Shown: positions 13,254 to 26,180, counted from the first letter of the stretch. The stretch: 64,000 bases of DNA from Octopus bimaculoides (GCF_001194135.2 NC_068984.1:27811323-27875322), one strand, 5' to 3'. Made by a program: numbers and translations. The notes: generated from the letters alone by a model not told the origin.

Positions 13254-14420
13254 ATATATATATATATTTATATACATACATACATGCATGCGTACATACA
13301 TATGTATAAGCAGATGTAGATGTAATTATGCATCTGTGTGTGTTTGCATGTGTGTATGTGTATACTAATTAATTGAATGCACTCTAAGAAGTGATGATTA
13401 ATATATAATTTTACATTTATATTTAACACGTTCCTGTAATCCAAATGTGGAAAAACTTTCGCTGTAGTAACTGTTTCGGAAGAGAAATCCCACTAATAAA
13501 CTCTGCATGTGAAAACACAGCAATCTCGGCGATGGATGACGTCATCCGACGCCTTTGTGCTTTGTTATGCTTCCTCAGCAATTTCCGTATAAGAACAGTA
13601 GTACTTCGTGGGCTATAAACTTCGGATTTGGTGTCTGTACCTTATGAAGTGTAACGTCCACAAACACGTCTCCTACATTCTGATGTCGTCATTCATAGCC
13701 TAGCTCAGTGTATCTTCATACACAAAGAATTTTTCACAGTTTTGTGAATAATTAGCGTGTTTTTTTATAATCAGAACTGCTTAGCACTTTATTATAATCA
13801 GCTCTGTTTAGCGTAGCGTTAGTTAAATAATTCCAGTGTGACAAACCGTTTCACACACTAATAAATTTGTTTACTCTAGTTCTTATTAAACGAAGAACGA
13901 CTGATTATCTGTTTGTTGCTGATAAAGCGCAAAGAGGCAGAAACATGTTGATGAGGTTATTCGTAGCCAGCTCAGTATATTTTTCTTTTTACCCAATATA
14001 NNNNNNNNNNNNNNNNNNNNNNNNNNNNNNNNNNNNNNNNNNNNNNNNNNNNNNNNNNNNNNNNNNNNNNNNNNNNNNNNNNNNNNNNNNNNNNNNNNNN
14101 NNNNNNNNNNNNNNNNNNNNNNNNNNNNNNNNNNNNNNNNNNNNNNNNNNNNNNNNNNNNNNNNNNNNNNNNNNNNNNNNNNNNNNNNNNNNNNNNNNNN
14201 NNNNNNNNNNNNNNNNNNNNNNNNNNNNNNNNNNNNNNNNNNNNNNNNNNNNNNNNNNNNNNNNNNNNNNNNNNNNNNNNNNNNNNNNNNNNNNNNNNNN
14301 NNNNNNNNNNNNNNNNNNNNNNNNNNNNNNNNNNNNNNNNNNNNNNNNNNNNNNNNNNNNNNNNNNNNNNNNNNNNNNNNNNNNNNNNNNNNNNNNNNNN
14401 NNNNNNNNNNNNNNNNNNNN

Positions 14421-14462
<42 letters not shown>

Positions 14463-17400
14463 ATACACGAAAATATGTATCCCTCGATGAACGTGGTTGA
14501 AATAACATTAAATTAAATCTTCATCTGTGTCATACTTAATGCATGGATATCATTGAAAGGCATGTTACTGAGGTTTCCGTCTGAGATAATATATCTTCAT
14601 AGATATGCTATGCTAAAGATACAATATATATTGCAGCAGGTTGAACATCGTCACAGCAGTGAATCTCGAGAACGATAGACGCGTTTCGTCCCACTTAGGT
14701 CGCGTCAATGCCAACCTGGCAGTCTTCCTGCAATATCGGCGAATGTATTACTTTTCGTTTCCTATAAATGGAAATACGAATATTGTCTAAGTAAGTGACA
14801 AATGAGTACATGGCTCTGGCGATTCCAAAGTAGCACGAAGGGCATCTGCCGTTCTCAAGAGTCGATATTCTCGTTCTCGTGTGATGATATTCTCTTCGCT
14901 CCGATACTTATTGTTTTTAACATATATTATGAAGAGGTTTTCTCTCATCCGAAGACCACAGTATCATATTTTTAGACAGTATATATACATTTAGTATGAT
15001 ACATGGATGGCGATTATATGTCCTTGTTTGTGTGTGTATGTGTGTGTGAGTGTGTCTGTGTGTGTGTGTGTGATAGATTTTCTCCTCTTTAAATACGACT
15101 GTATAACTTGCTTATGACTCCTAAAAGATACACTGAAACGCGTTTCGATGTTTGTAAATTAAATATAGATAACATGGACACAAGCTCTACTACATTCGCA
15201 ACCAGTAAGTAGAGTTCTATTGGAAAGTGCCAATGCGGAAAACTATTATCCACTCCTGTCAAGATCACCATCGCTAGGTATAAAATCTTTAAGGATAATA
15301 GCACAAAGAACAATGTATCATTGCTCCCAATAAAATGAAAGCAGAAAAAGCAATCAAAGTATTACCATAAAAATGTCAAACGGTTAAAATTGAATGGACA
15401 ATAGTCAATGCTCTAAAAACATGTGTGGAAGGCGTAAGAGGTATTTGTTGTTATGGTGAAAATGGGACGTACTGTCACTATGCACATCCCAGAGCCTTCC
15501 AGAGATTTCTTAAACAGGGTCATTAATCTCAATAAATTTTGTAATGGTGTAAAATGTTTCAGTTTGTGGGTAGACATGCGTGAGTAATCAAATCAGTTAT
15601 ATATACACTGCCTAAGAAATAGTTGTCAATAGACCCACTTAAATGGAGCACAGAGCAAACAACAGTATGCCACCAGCATAAAACAAATTGTGAGAAAACA
15701 ATAGCAAATTACAGCAGGAGACCATCAATAACGAAATAGTTTACACTTGGTTAAAAGGGCAAATACATCAGTTGACCCAGATACAACAAACAATGCTACA
15801 CAGATCAGCATACATGAGCAGCTCAACTAATAAACCCAGGATGACCTCATACGTCACATTTTATATATCATAAGCTATACTTGTAAATATCCAGAGATGT
15901 TTTATAACTGAACGACAAAAGTAAAGTTTCCTATATTAAGAAACTTATGGCATTTGTAATCAAGCAATATGCATAGCACAAAGAGAAACACAGTAAAGAG
16001 TAAACATATGAAGTGCAGAAATTTACATTTCAAAACGTTTTCTCTCTTATGTAGTTGATGGAACTATTGATCTGCTACTAAACAACAGTTTCGCCACACT
16101 GGATCTCTACTTCACAATGTGGAAATCATTACGGAAAAGTAATTTTTACAAACTTCTCAGAGCAAAACAGTAAAATTAACAATGTATGGTCAAAGAGAAC
16201 AAGTAGCCGAACATCCCACCAAAAGTGTATCGACCATGTCCAAGTTGAATTTCCGAAACTTTCTGTTGAAATCAATTGAGAAAAGAAGTCTGTTCGATAA
16301 ATTGGTCTCAAATCATATGCAAGCAAAGCAATGTCATGATAGTGAAGCAATTTATAGCAGCAATACAAACTAAAGGTATAAAACGTGTCACAATTAAGAA
16401 GGTTTACAGTTTTTTCACAGAAATATCTTTCTTAGAAACAGGAAAATTATTATGTGATGAAAAATAACATCTCAAAGGGTTTAAGTAAACAACTGAAAAC
16501 CAGTTAAATATGGTACTCATAGACAACGAAAAGGAACTAAAGTTCTCCTATGAAAATGAGAGCCAATAAAAGGAAGTTGCGCTGTAGAAAGCATAAAAGC
16601 TAACCCAGGTTGTCGTATATTGTCACAGAAGAAACATCTGAGTAGCACAAAATAGGACCTTGTTTTCAAGGAAGTAAAGTACTTACTGCAGCCGCTCACA
16701 AGGTGAATGGAATACTTAGTGAGCAATTCAAAATTATGTACCCGCCTTCTTGCTGCTACACATTTAAATTACAAAGACCCCAGTAAACTATTTCAGTTGT
16801 TTTAAACATAGTTTCGTAAAAGCGTCAAAATAATCTCAGACCTAAAAATGGAACTATGTCCTGAGCGGAGGAAGAGACTAGAAGGGAAAAAAAAAAGTTG
16901 ACAGGCTCATATCTCTGAATTCACATATCAACAAAATGATGGAATTAATTATCAAGGAAAAACTGATTACGTTCTTTCAAGAAGAGAGCTTACCAAATGA
17001 TACCCAGCATAGTTGCCACTCAAAGAAAACCCATTCATACAGCTGTTGTTGTATTATTACTAGTTACTAAAGCAGATATGCATGCAGTCAAATAAATGTT
17101 TGCAAATACAGGTTACTGCGAAACCTATCGATAAAGATGATCAAGGGCACTTCTGCGAAGTATGCCTACACTGAAGAATTTCGACATAAGGTTGATTACT
17201 TCTGATTTGCTTTGATTCTTTGGATTTCCATTACTTCTGTTCCTGTGGTAGCATAATGACTTCACTCTGCATACTTTGTGTTTATGTCATGATAAGTATC
17301 TGCCACAAAAGTGTGTCTCGCTTACTTCTTTACTTTTCGTAAAAAAAGAAAAGAATTGCGTGCTTCAAGATTGTAGATTCAGAGGACAAAAGCAGCTGTT

Positions 17401-17680
17401 GCAACACGATCATCCTATCAGGGCTCCGAATACTTCTTGCAACTACTATGTCTATAACAACTATTCTTTAATTACAGACTGTAGGTGGTGCATGAGAGAT
17501 GCCTTGTGGGCCTTAACCACGTTACTTTGTCCGGTGGCGAATGCGAGTTATTGGGCCAAGACAATAAAATATTATGTTTTGAATGTCAGCCTTCGCACTT
17601 ATACAATGAAAACCAATCTTACATGTTGTTTCTTATTAGTCCCCACATGTCACTGCATTTTTAACAAACATTTGTGAATG

Positions 17681-17736
<56 letters not shown>

Positions 17737-17925
17737 GCTTGATTGTGTTTAAGGAGACGACGACTTATTGATGCATATTTTCTTTGTGAAAGACTATGAA
17801 GCTGTGATGCTGCTGCCTATTGACTGATCGTATGATCACACCTTCTAAAACCAAGAAATTTGAAAACTAAGACAAATTTTGCTTATTTCAACCAATGAAT
17901 AATTTTTATTGATGTAGATAATCAG

Positions 17926-17962
<37 letters not shown>

Positions 17963-18584
17963 TTCACGAAAACTTATACCGAGATTTGCTACACGAAACA
18001 ACAGCTTAAAATCGGGCATATAGCAGTCTACTTTGATCGACTATCCTATGCTTTATTTTTTATATCAAGGTCTACATTATAAAACATGTGGCCTTCCGAT
18101 TTGAAGATTGTTGAACGTGATTTGAATAAAATTAGTTACTACTCCTAGTAGGTTGAACAACTGCATTGAGGTTCCTTTTTGGCTGAGTTTAATAAGCAGT
18201 GCAGTAAGATATCATCCCTAATGACTGACATAGCTGTATTATCGCAAACTTCTAAGAAAGTAAATAGATTCACTGAACAGAGGAAATTACAGAGGCTTCT
18301 CGCTGATAGAAAATTTTTGAAAATTCAGCGTTACCCTGGATATGATGTAGTCTAGGTTTTTATTAGCAGGTAGAATAACAAAGGGATTTTTCTTGTGCAA
18401 CAACTGCAAGAGAAATTCTAAACGAAACCACTCAACTTTTCATTTGCCCATTAGATATGTAACATTAAGTTGTATGAATAACAAAGGAAAAGTGAGTTAA
18501 GAAAGCAGCGGGGCATTAAATGCATCAGATAATGCAAAGAGAAAATGCATTTAAATGGCAGCTATGTATGATAAGAAGAGAAAA

Positions 18585-18950
18585 AGAGCTGGACGAAGAA
18601 ATACTTATAACAAAGGAAAATTAAAGAAGATATGAAAAGGGGTATGAAAGTTAGATTATGAGATGTCGGGCCTTACTGACCAGGTGACTGAGAATCAAGA
18701 TATGTGGTGATTTACAACACTGCGAGGATAGCCAAAACAACGTGTCAGCATGGAAGCGTGGATACAGAAATGAAGACAACAACGACAACGAGGACGGCAA
18801 TGACGACGACTGAAGAATATGTGAATGATCAAAACGACTGCAAAATAAGGCTGCCAACAATGACGCTGACATTGACGACAATCTTAAGTAAGATGACGAT
18901 GATGATGTCATTGTATTTATTGTTGTTGTTGCTCTTGTTGTTGAGCTGAA
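18585..18950 (+). mobile_element. Old RTE LINE 3' remnant with degenerate (GAC/GAT)n tail
   Basis: GRRNTY…DVGLTDQVTENQDMW reading and GTGTCAGCATGGAAGCGTGG resembling the tail at 7490-7520. Confidence 0.55.
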
Positions 18951-19960
18951 GTGTTTTCGAGAGTGAAACGGTTTATTGATCTTTCAAATTCTTGCTAAGA
19001 AAATAAAATGGACTGCATTTTAGAGAACATGAGATGTATGCTTTTACTGTGTCTGTTCACAAAATGACCACTTACCAGCTGCACATGTTAATTATGGCTT
19101 AGTTTAAAATATCTTAAAATAAATAGGAATATTAAATTACTGAGTACTAAGTGATATATATGAGAAAATGACTGGATGTTAACTTATTGACTGAGATGAA
19201 ATAAAATAATAATTAACAATAACAAGCGAGATGTAAACAGTTGGAAAACCTTTCAAAACTTCAATAGCAACATAAAAGAATCAATTTGTGTTTGATAAGC
19301 ACTCAGACAATATAAATTGCTGGATTAATCAGTGTTTAGTTTAGATATTTTAGTAACTGTAATCAGTGATTAAGACTTGTAGAAGGGGGTGAGATAGAAA
19401 GAAAAGACACATTCATTCCACCACCACCACCACCACCACCACCACAACAACAACAACAACCACAAACACCACCATCACCACAAACNNNNNNNNNNNNNNN
19501 NNNNNNNNNNNNNNNNNNNNNNNNNNNNNNNNNNNNNNNNNNNNNNNNNNNNNNNNNNNNNNNNNNNNNNNNNNNNNNNNNNNNNNNNNNNNNNNNNNNN
19601 NNNNNNNNNNNNNNNNNNNNNNNNNNNNNNNNNNNNNNNNNNNNNNNNNNNNNNNNNNNNNNNNNNNNNNNNNNNNNNNNNNNNNNNNNNNNNNNNNNNN
19701 NNNNNNNNNNNNNNNNNNNNNNNNNNNNNNNNNNNNNNNNNNNNNNNNNNNNNNNNNNNNNNNNNNNNNNNNNNNNNNNNNNNNNNNNNNNNNNNNNNNN
19801 NNNNNNNNNNNNNNNNNNNNNNNNNNNNNNNNNNNNNNNNNNNNNNNNNNNNNNNNNNNNNNNNNNNNNNNNNNNNNNNNNNNNNNNNNNNNNNNNNNNN
19901 NNNNNNNNNNNNNNNNNNNNNNNNNNNNNNNNNNNNNNNNNNNNNNNNNNNNNNNNNNNN

Positions 19961-20002
<42 letters not shown>

Positions 20003-20004
<2 letters not shown>

Positions 20005-20184
20005 CCTTTCTACTAGAGGCACAAGGCCTGAAATTTAGGGGAGGGATAAGTCGATTATACCAACCCCAGTACACAACTGGTACTTAATTTATCGTCCCCC
20101 GAAAGGATGAAAGGCCAAGTCGAACTCAGCGGAATTTGAACTCAGAATACAAAGACGGACGAAATGCAGCTAAGCATTTTGCTC
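20003..20184 (-). mobile_element. SINE (family of 26274-26488), interrupted by a second SINE
   Basis: Reverse complement contains GAGTTCAAATTCCGCTGAGTTCGACTTGGCCTTTCATCCTTTCGGGGACGATAAATTAAGTACCAG. Confidence 0.85.
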
Positions 20185-20185
20185 A

Positions 20186-20460
20186 GTGGAGGCACATGGC
20201 CTAGTGGTTAGAGCAGCGGACTCGCAGTCAAGAGAGCGCGGGTTCGAATCTCAGTTCCGGCGAAACATCTAAGCTCCACGTGGCTCCGGCAGAAGATATT
20301 GGCGATCTTCTGCTGACTCTTTCGCCACAACTTTCTCTCACTCTTTCCTCCTGCATCTAGCAGCTTCACTGCGACGGACTGGCGTCCCGTCCGGGTGGGG
20401 AACCTATACGCCAATGAAACCGGCCCTTATGAGCCAGGTATGGCTCTAGAAGGAACAAAC
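20186..20460 (+). mobile_element. tRNA-Arg-derived SINE (OR-like), flanked by a diverged 11-bp TSD
   Basis: A box TGGCCTAGTGG, B box GGTTCGAATC, loop GACTCGC; TSD CATTTTGCTCA (20175-20185) / CATTTTACTCA (20466-20476). Confidence 0.8.
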
Positions 20461-20848
20461 AGCAACATTTTACTCACGTACCCATATAAAGCCAAGGTGC
20501 GTTTAGAAAGAGCAGATAAGTCTCCCTCAAATCATACCCTATAGTCCTTCGAATCATATACTACAAAAAACAAATAGAAAATAAAGTTATCGTCTGAGGT
20601 ACACTAAAATCGGTGAAAAAAGAAGAGGCAGTTAGTTGGAACAATTTTGATCTTATTTTTGCCTAATCAGAACTCACCTGAACAACAACAACTGTTTGCC
20701 TAGAATCGTTTAATAACGTTGTATTTTCACATGAAGAAAGTCGGTGGAAAATAATTTCTTCCACTCCCTCCACAATAAAAAAATATTTAAATAAAAAATG
20801 TAAAATAATTGTATTATATATGTTATTTTATACAAAAGTTCGTGTATT

Positions 20849-20921
20849 GTCCCTGTAGCGCAGCGGATAGCGCGCTGGACTTCTAATCCAGAGGCCGCGG
20901 GTTCGAATCCCGCCAGGGATA
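20849..20921 (+). tRNA. trnR-UCU: tRNA-Arg (anticodon TCT), intronless
   Basis: Full cloverleaf: acceptor GTCCCTG/CAGGGAT, D stem GCGC/GCGC, anticodon stem CTGGA/TCCAG with loop CTTCTAA, T stem GCGGG/CCCGC with TTCGAAT; 73 nt. Confidence 0.97.
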
Positions 20922-20935
20922 TTGTATCTGTTCAC

Positions 20936-20942
20936 TTTTTTT
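20936..20942 (+). terminator. RNA polymerase III oligo-T terminator
   Basis: T7 run 14 nt downstream of the tRNA 3' end. Confidence 0.85.
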
Positions 20943-21487
20943 AATTACTATTACTACCAATTTATACATGAACTACTATTGAACTACAAAAGCTCAAAGA
21001 CAATATAATGTATGGGTATATTTATTTTTTTATATATTATTGTTTTATATATTATTTTCTTCATTTTGTACTTCTTTGTAAAAAAACATTTTCATTCTTC
21101 TTCTTGATAATTTGCTTCCTCGCAATGAAAACCGGTTAGAAAAAATCTTTATTAAATTATGCTTCCAGTTCAGCATTCTGGCTTTTTTTCATTTTCCTAT
21201 ATATATATATATATATAGTTCAAATTTACAGAAGGCAAAAGACGAAGACTAGAGAAGGAATAACAAGCAGGTGTATTANNNNNNNNNNNNNNNNNNNNNN
21301 NNNNNNNNNNNNNNNNNNNNNNNNNNNNNNNNNNNNNNNNNNNNNNNNNNNNNNNNNNNNNNNNNNNNNNNNNNNNNNNNNNNNNNNNNNNNNNNNNNNN
21401 NNNNNNNNNNNNNNNNNNNNNNNNNNNNNNNNNNNNNNNNNNNNNNNNNNNNNNNNNNNNNNNNNNNNNTATATATATATATATATA

Positions 21488-21770
21488 GTTCAAATTTACA
21501 GAAGGCAAAAGACGAAGACTAGAGAAGGAATAACAAGCAGGTGTATTAGTTTAACGCTCGGAGGAATGGAAAAGTCTTTGATGTTTCGAGCCTATGCTCT
21601 GCGACAGAAAGGATTGAGAGGGGGAAAAGCAGACAGAGAAAACATTGTGTCAGGATTAACGGTTCAACATGATGAAATGGCTGGAAGTAAGAGGCTGAGG
21701 GGAAGGGAGATAATAACAGTAATATGGCCGAACTAGGGTGCCCAAACATGCGAGTGTATGTCACTTTGCT
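21488..21770 (-). mobile_element. Penelope-like terminal-repeat remnant with degenerate hammerhead (21575-21611)
   Basis: Homologous to 25978-26180; minus CTGTCGC-A-GAGC-atag-GCTC-GAAA-CATC-AAAGAC; LGTL-like reading upstream; ends at (TA)n. Confidence 0.6.
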
Positions 21771-21774
21771 CGTC

Positions 21775-22860
21775 AGAACATACAAAATTGCTCTAAAAAT
21801 CGCGCAGACCAAGAAGCCTCATACTATTGTTGAAGATCTGATTAAGCCTTGATTCTGCAAGCAACGAAGATGATTCTTGGAGAACAGCAGGCACACCAGA
21901 TGAGGAAAATTTCCCTTTCGAATGATGCAGTCAAAAGTCGGATCTCGGACATGAGTGAGGCTATTCTGTTGCAAGTGGTGACTGCTGTGAAGAGTGGTCC
22001 TGTGTATTCATTGTAACTGAATGAGTCAGCAGATGTTGCCTCATGTTCCCAACTTCTTGTTTTATGTTCGCGACCTTGACAAAGTTATGAAGTAGTACTT
22101 ATTCTCTGAGCCAGTGGCCACAACAACACATGACGCTGTTTTCAAAATACGTGAAGCCTTTCTTCTTAAACATAGGTTGAGTTGGTAAGCTGAATACAGT
22201 TTCCGTGAAGAGATTTCAGCTCATCTTCTGGCAACGAATGACGCCATCGAAAGTTACTTCCCGGGATTGGATGACCACTGTACTGAGGCATGTATCAGCA
22301 GACTCTTTTCAGTAAAGGACAGTGATACTGATGTTGCTGTGACGGTAGAATTTCTTCAAATTTGTGAGGATACTCAGTTGAAAGTCAATTTTTCTGAACA
22401 AGAACTTCCGACATTTTGATCTATCCTTATTTTGGACTATCCTCTTCTTTCAATGCGTGCACTGACCATGCTGATCTAATCCCCCTCTACCTATCACTGC
22501 GAGGCTGGATTCTCGGCAATGATGGCACTAAAAATGAAAGCATGCAGTAGGCTTGTGATGGACACTGACATGAGGTGGTATCTGTCAAGCATTGCATAGC
22601 TGCAAAACAATATCAACCCTCCTACTGAGTGAAAAAGGTTTTGTAGGATGTTCAGTAGTTTCCCTGCGTTTCTTTTTAGTACTTGTAGTATTTTCGAGGT
22701 CTTTAATTTGTAACAATTTCAATAAATTAGGATCTTCATACAGTTTTGTTTTATCTTACCTTTAAGTAAAGTTCACCATTACAAAATTTATAATAGGGGC
22801 CACAGTAATACTCCAGAGAGTCTCTAGGGTAAGACAATGAAAACAGTTAAAATCCCACTG
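21775..22860 (+). mobile_element. Internally deleted hAT (Charlie/Buster, ZBED5/FAM200-like) transposase remnant
   Basis: KIALKIAQTKKPHTIVEDLIKP…ISLSNDAVKSRISDMSEAILLQVV…LNESADVASCSQLLV…YHCEAGFSAMMALK…KQYQPSY*, with stops and frameshifts; end …AGTTAAAATCCCACTG. Confidence 0.9.
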
Positions 22861-23296
22861 TCCTATGAGATAGAAAAATGCCACCAATACCCCATTCCAA
22901 AGTAATGAGAATCTCCTTGAACCAGCAATATGCCTCTTTTGATTACATTCAAATGGAGCTCATTAGCATGTGTTCTGCAAAATCAGATTAAACTAGAAAG
23001 GTTTTCACCGAGAAATAAGGAAATAATTTATAAATTCAGAGATATTCAGATCATTGTCTGGTCTTATCGTATTGAAGGAGAATCGTTTATTTATTTCTAG
23101 TAGGTCAACTGATGGAAGATAAACTCCTTCCTTTTCCTTTATAGCTTCTTGCAATTTCCTTCAGCAATTTCAAGGAACCAACGAATAAAGAATAGGTTAA
23201 AGCCTGCTCATTTACGCAATTTGTTTGACAAGAAATTGTGGAATTGTAATGGTTTTGTGTTACTTTGCTATAGGGTGGAAATAGAAGGGGAGAGTA

Positions 23297-23331
<35 letters not shown>

Positions 23332-24238
23332 NNNNNNNNNNNNNNNNNNNNNNNNNNNNNNNNNNNNNNNNNNNNNNNNNNNNNNNNNNNNNNNNNNNNN
23401 NNNNNNNNNNNNNNNNNNNNNGAGAGAGGGAGAGAGAGAGGGAGAGAGAGGGAGAGAGGGAGAGAGAGAGAGAGAGAGAAAAGGAGCGCGAGAGAGAAAG
23501 AAAGAGAGAAGTAAGAATATTCTGAAGACCCACTGGTCTAAAGTGGGATTGGATTTTGAGGAAGAGATTGCTTAGTTAAGAAGACTGGTGTGGGAATATA
23601 TTTGTTGTAGATAGTTAAATACAAACACACGTGCACCATTCACATCTATGTGTGTATACGATTATATGTAAGTGTGTATATACATACATTTTCACATGTA
23701 AATATATATGCATGTATATATATATTTATATATACACACACACAAATATATATAGACATCCATTCATACTGACACATTACGCAGTTGCACCTATCCGCAC
23801 ACAAGTTGTCTTTTCATTAGCGTGGAAAATTTCTTGATTAAAGTATCTTTCTTATTGTATAATGGTTTCAATTTGGTATAAATTACATTCTATATATGTG
23901 TGTAAGCCAGCTGAATAGAAAGATCTAATCATTACAGCAGAGAAAAAAAGGATATAAAATTGTTACAACACCAAAGCGAACTTGCTTGAAGCAGGTGCCA
24001 ATTAACTGTATGAAGCTTCAAGTGTTAATACTTAATTACTTTTACTCGTTGCTTCTACTGCTGTCTTAGGTTATTCTTCAACAGCTGTACATGCATATAT
24101 GTATATCTGAGTGTTAGTATCTATGCTTTACACACATGTCACACACGTTTTATATTTATATGCATGAGTGATAGTATCTCTGTCTATGCATAACATACAT
24201 ATTACGACACATAAATATGCACACATTTAAATGTGAAT

Positions 24239-24288
<50 letters not shown>

Positions 24289-24481
24289 GCAAACATTCAC
24301 ATATGCATAAATCTATTACTATATGTTTATTTGTTTTGATACATTGTGCATATTTAGTGTGTTATAGTATACCATGCTAGTATATGTCTATATGTAGTAG
24401 TACGATGAATATCTACCTCTCTAAGAATAGCTATATGTACTTAAGTATACATGCAAACACGCATAGCTGCAGATACACACA

Positions 24482-24521
<40 letters not shown>

Positions 24522-24689
24522 TATAAATATACATATAGACAGTATTTGAAAAAGTATCCAAATTAGTCTGGGCAGTAATCCAGTGTAGAGATCAAAATTG
24601 AATTCATGCCTTTTTCTCTCATTTTCAAAATTTAGTCTGAATCCTTCCTCTTCGTTAATAAACGTTTTCACGCCCCTGAGTACTTTTGT

Positions 24690-25140
24690 TATACACTTGC
24701 ACACGCAGCAATAATTCGTCTTGTTCTTGCCATCCCGTGTGCTTCGTCAATACGCTGATCATACCCGTTCTCATCCCCTCACACGCACTCTTTTACATTA
24801 CCCACTTATTTATTACATACACCAAAATGCTCAGTTTCCAACATCACCATACTTCCACACTTCCATACCTATACATACATCACATTAACATGCACAAATC
24901 ACTCACCTCTTCTTCCTGCTTCCAACCAGGCGCACTCTTAGTCTTGAATCCCCATACTCATCTCTTCCTCCCTTCTTAGCTTTCTTTCTACTTAGCTTTC
25001 CTTCGACTGTTTCTTTTCTACTGACTATTTCTCTTTTCATTCACTATACGCTGTGCTTCTCTCTGTCTTCTGATGAAGGATTAACTTCCAAAACGTTAAG
25101 ACTACCTCTTTTCATTAAAGCATTAATCTAATACGTTATT
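24690..25140 (+). mobile_element. Penelope-like 3' remnant
   Basis: Contains the hammerhead-like motif, followed by AGCATTAATCTAATAC resembling AGCGTTAAACTAATAC of the 21488 copy. Confidence 0.45.
25065..25102 (+). ncRNA. Minimal type I hammerhead-like motif (G12A mutated)
   Basis: GTCTT-CTGATGA-A-GGA-ttaact-TCC-AAAA-CGTT-AAGAC; stems I and II pair. Confidence 0.65.
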
Positions 25141-25228
25141 TTTCAAACATGCTTTTCCTTCATTGGTCCTCACTATCATTTATTGTATTTATACCACATA
25201 TGTGTGTGTATGTGTGTATGCATACAGA

Positions 25229-25270
<42 letters not shown>

Positions 25271-25937
25271 GATTGATAGATTCACATGTAAATGTACACA
25301 TACACACATATACGCATACATGCGTACACACGCGCACATACATAATGAAGAAGGACATTCTAAAACCCGTTTGAGAGTGGTGGATCTGCAGTAATTGTTA
25401 CAGAATATGTCTAGAAGTAGGAGACTCTAATGTAAATCCTAAAGATCGATTGGCTTTATGTTGTTCTATGTTGTCCCAACTAATCCAGAAGAAAAGACGT
25501 TTTGAAAAGTGAATGCACTTCTATATAAAACTGATTTATTTTAACCAATTCTGTTCTTACAATCATAGATAGACAAGAGACATTTCAAAATCGTTCATTG
25601 CTATTTCAGCAGTAGAGTATCACGTGCATCTATGTTGATGAAATACCACCACATCTATGAGCTTCTTTCTGAGAGCACACACTAGGTGTAATATATGCAG
25701 GAAAATTACCAACCTTCTTGATCCTCATATATCTAGATTCCTCATTACTGCTTCAGTTTAAGAAGTGCTGTGTGTGTGTGTGTCTAAAAAGTAATCGTAC
25801 TCGGACACGAGTATACTTCTACTATATATGTCTGTGGGTGTCATGTGTATGCATGAGAGAGAGAGAGAGAAAGAGAGAAAGGAAGAGAGAGAAAAAAAAA
25901 AGAGAGGGAGAGAGAGAGAGAAAGAAAGCTAGTGTGC

Positions 25938-25977
<40 letters not shown>

Positions 25978-25979
<2 letters not shown>

Positions 25980-26180
25980 GAGAATATACAAATAATAACA
26001 ACAGACGAGGACAGGTGGTGTAAATAACAAAAGTATATATTAGTATGACGCTCGGGAATACGGAAAGTCTTTGACGTTTCGAGCTACGCTCTTCAACAGA
26101 AAGAATACGGAGACAAGGAGAAAAACACGGAGAAAAAAAATTGAATAGTGTTCAGTCAACGGTCAATCATAATAATGGAT
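25978..26180 (-). mobile_element. Penelope-like non-autonomous repeat ending at (TA)n
   Basis: Homologous to 21488-21620; carries the hammerhead-like motif. Confidence 0.6.
26068..26104 (-). ncRNA. Minimal type I hammerhead-like motif with A6U core variant
   Basis: TCTTT-CTGTTGA-A-GAGC-gta-GCTC-GAAA-CGTC-AAAGA; perfect stems I and II, GUC cleavage triplet. Confidence 0.7.

Noticed and set aside
13534-13547. 14-bp palindrome GGATGACGTCATCC containing a full CRE site
   Set aside because: Single motif with no nearby gene; cannot be assigned a function.
17190-17680. Hydrophobic, GPCR-like short readings (also 14560-14960, 15600-15900, 36536-36787)
   Set aside because: No family motifs; T-rich DNA yields hydrophobic translations by chance.
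20186-20262. tRNA-like heads at 20186, 32301, 58357 and 63596 as tRNA genes
   Set aside because: No paired acceptor stem or terminator; they continue into SINE bodies.
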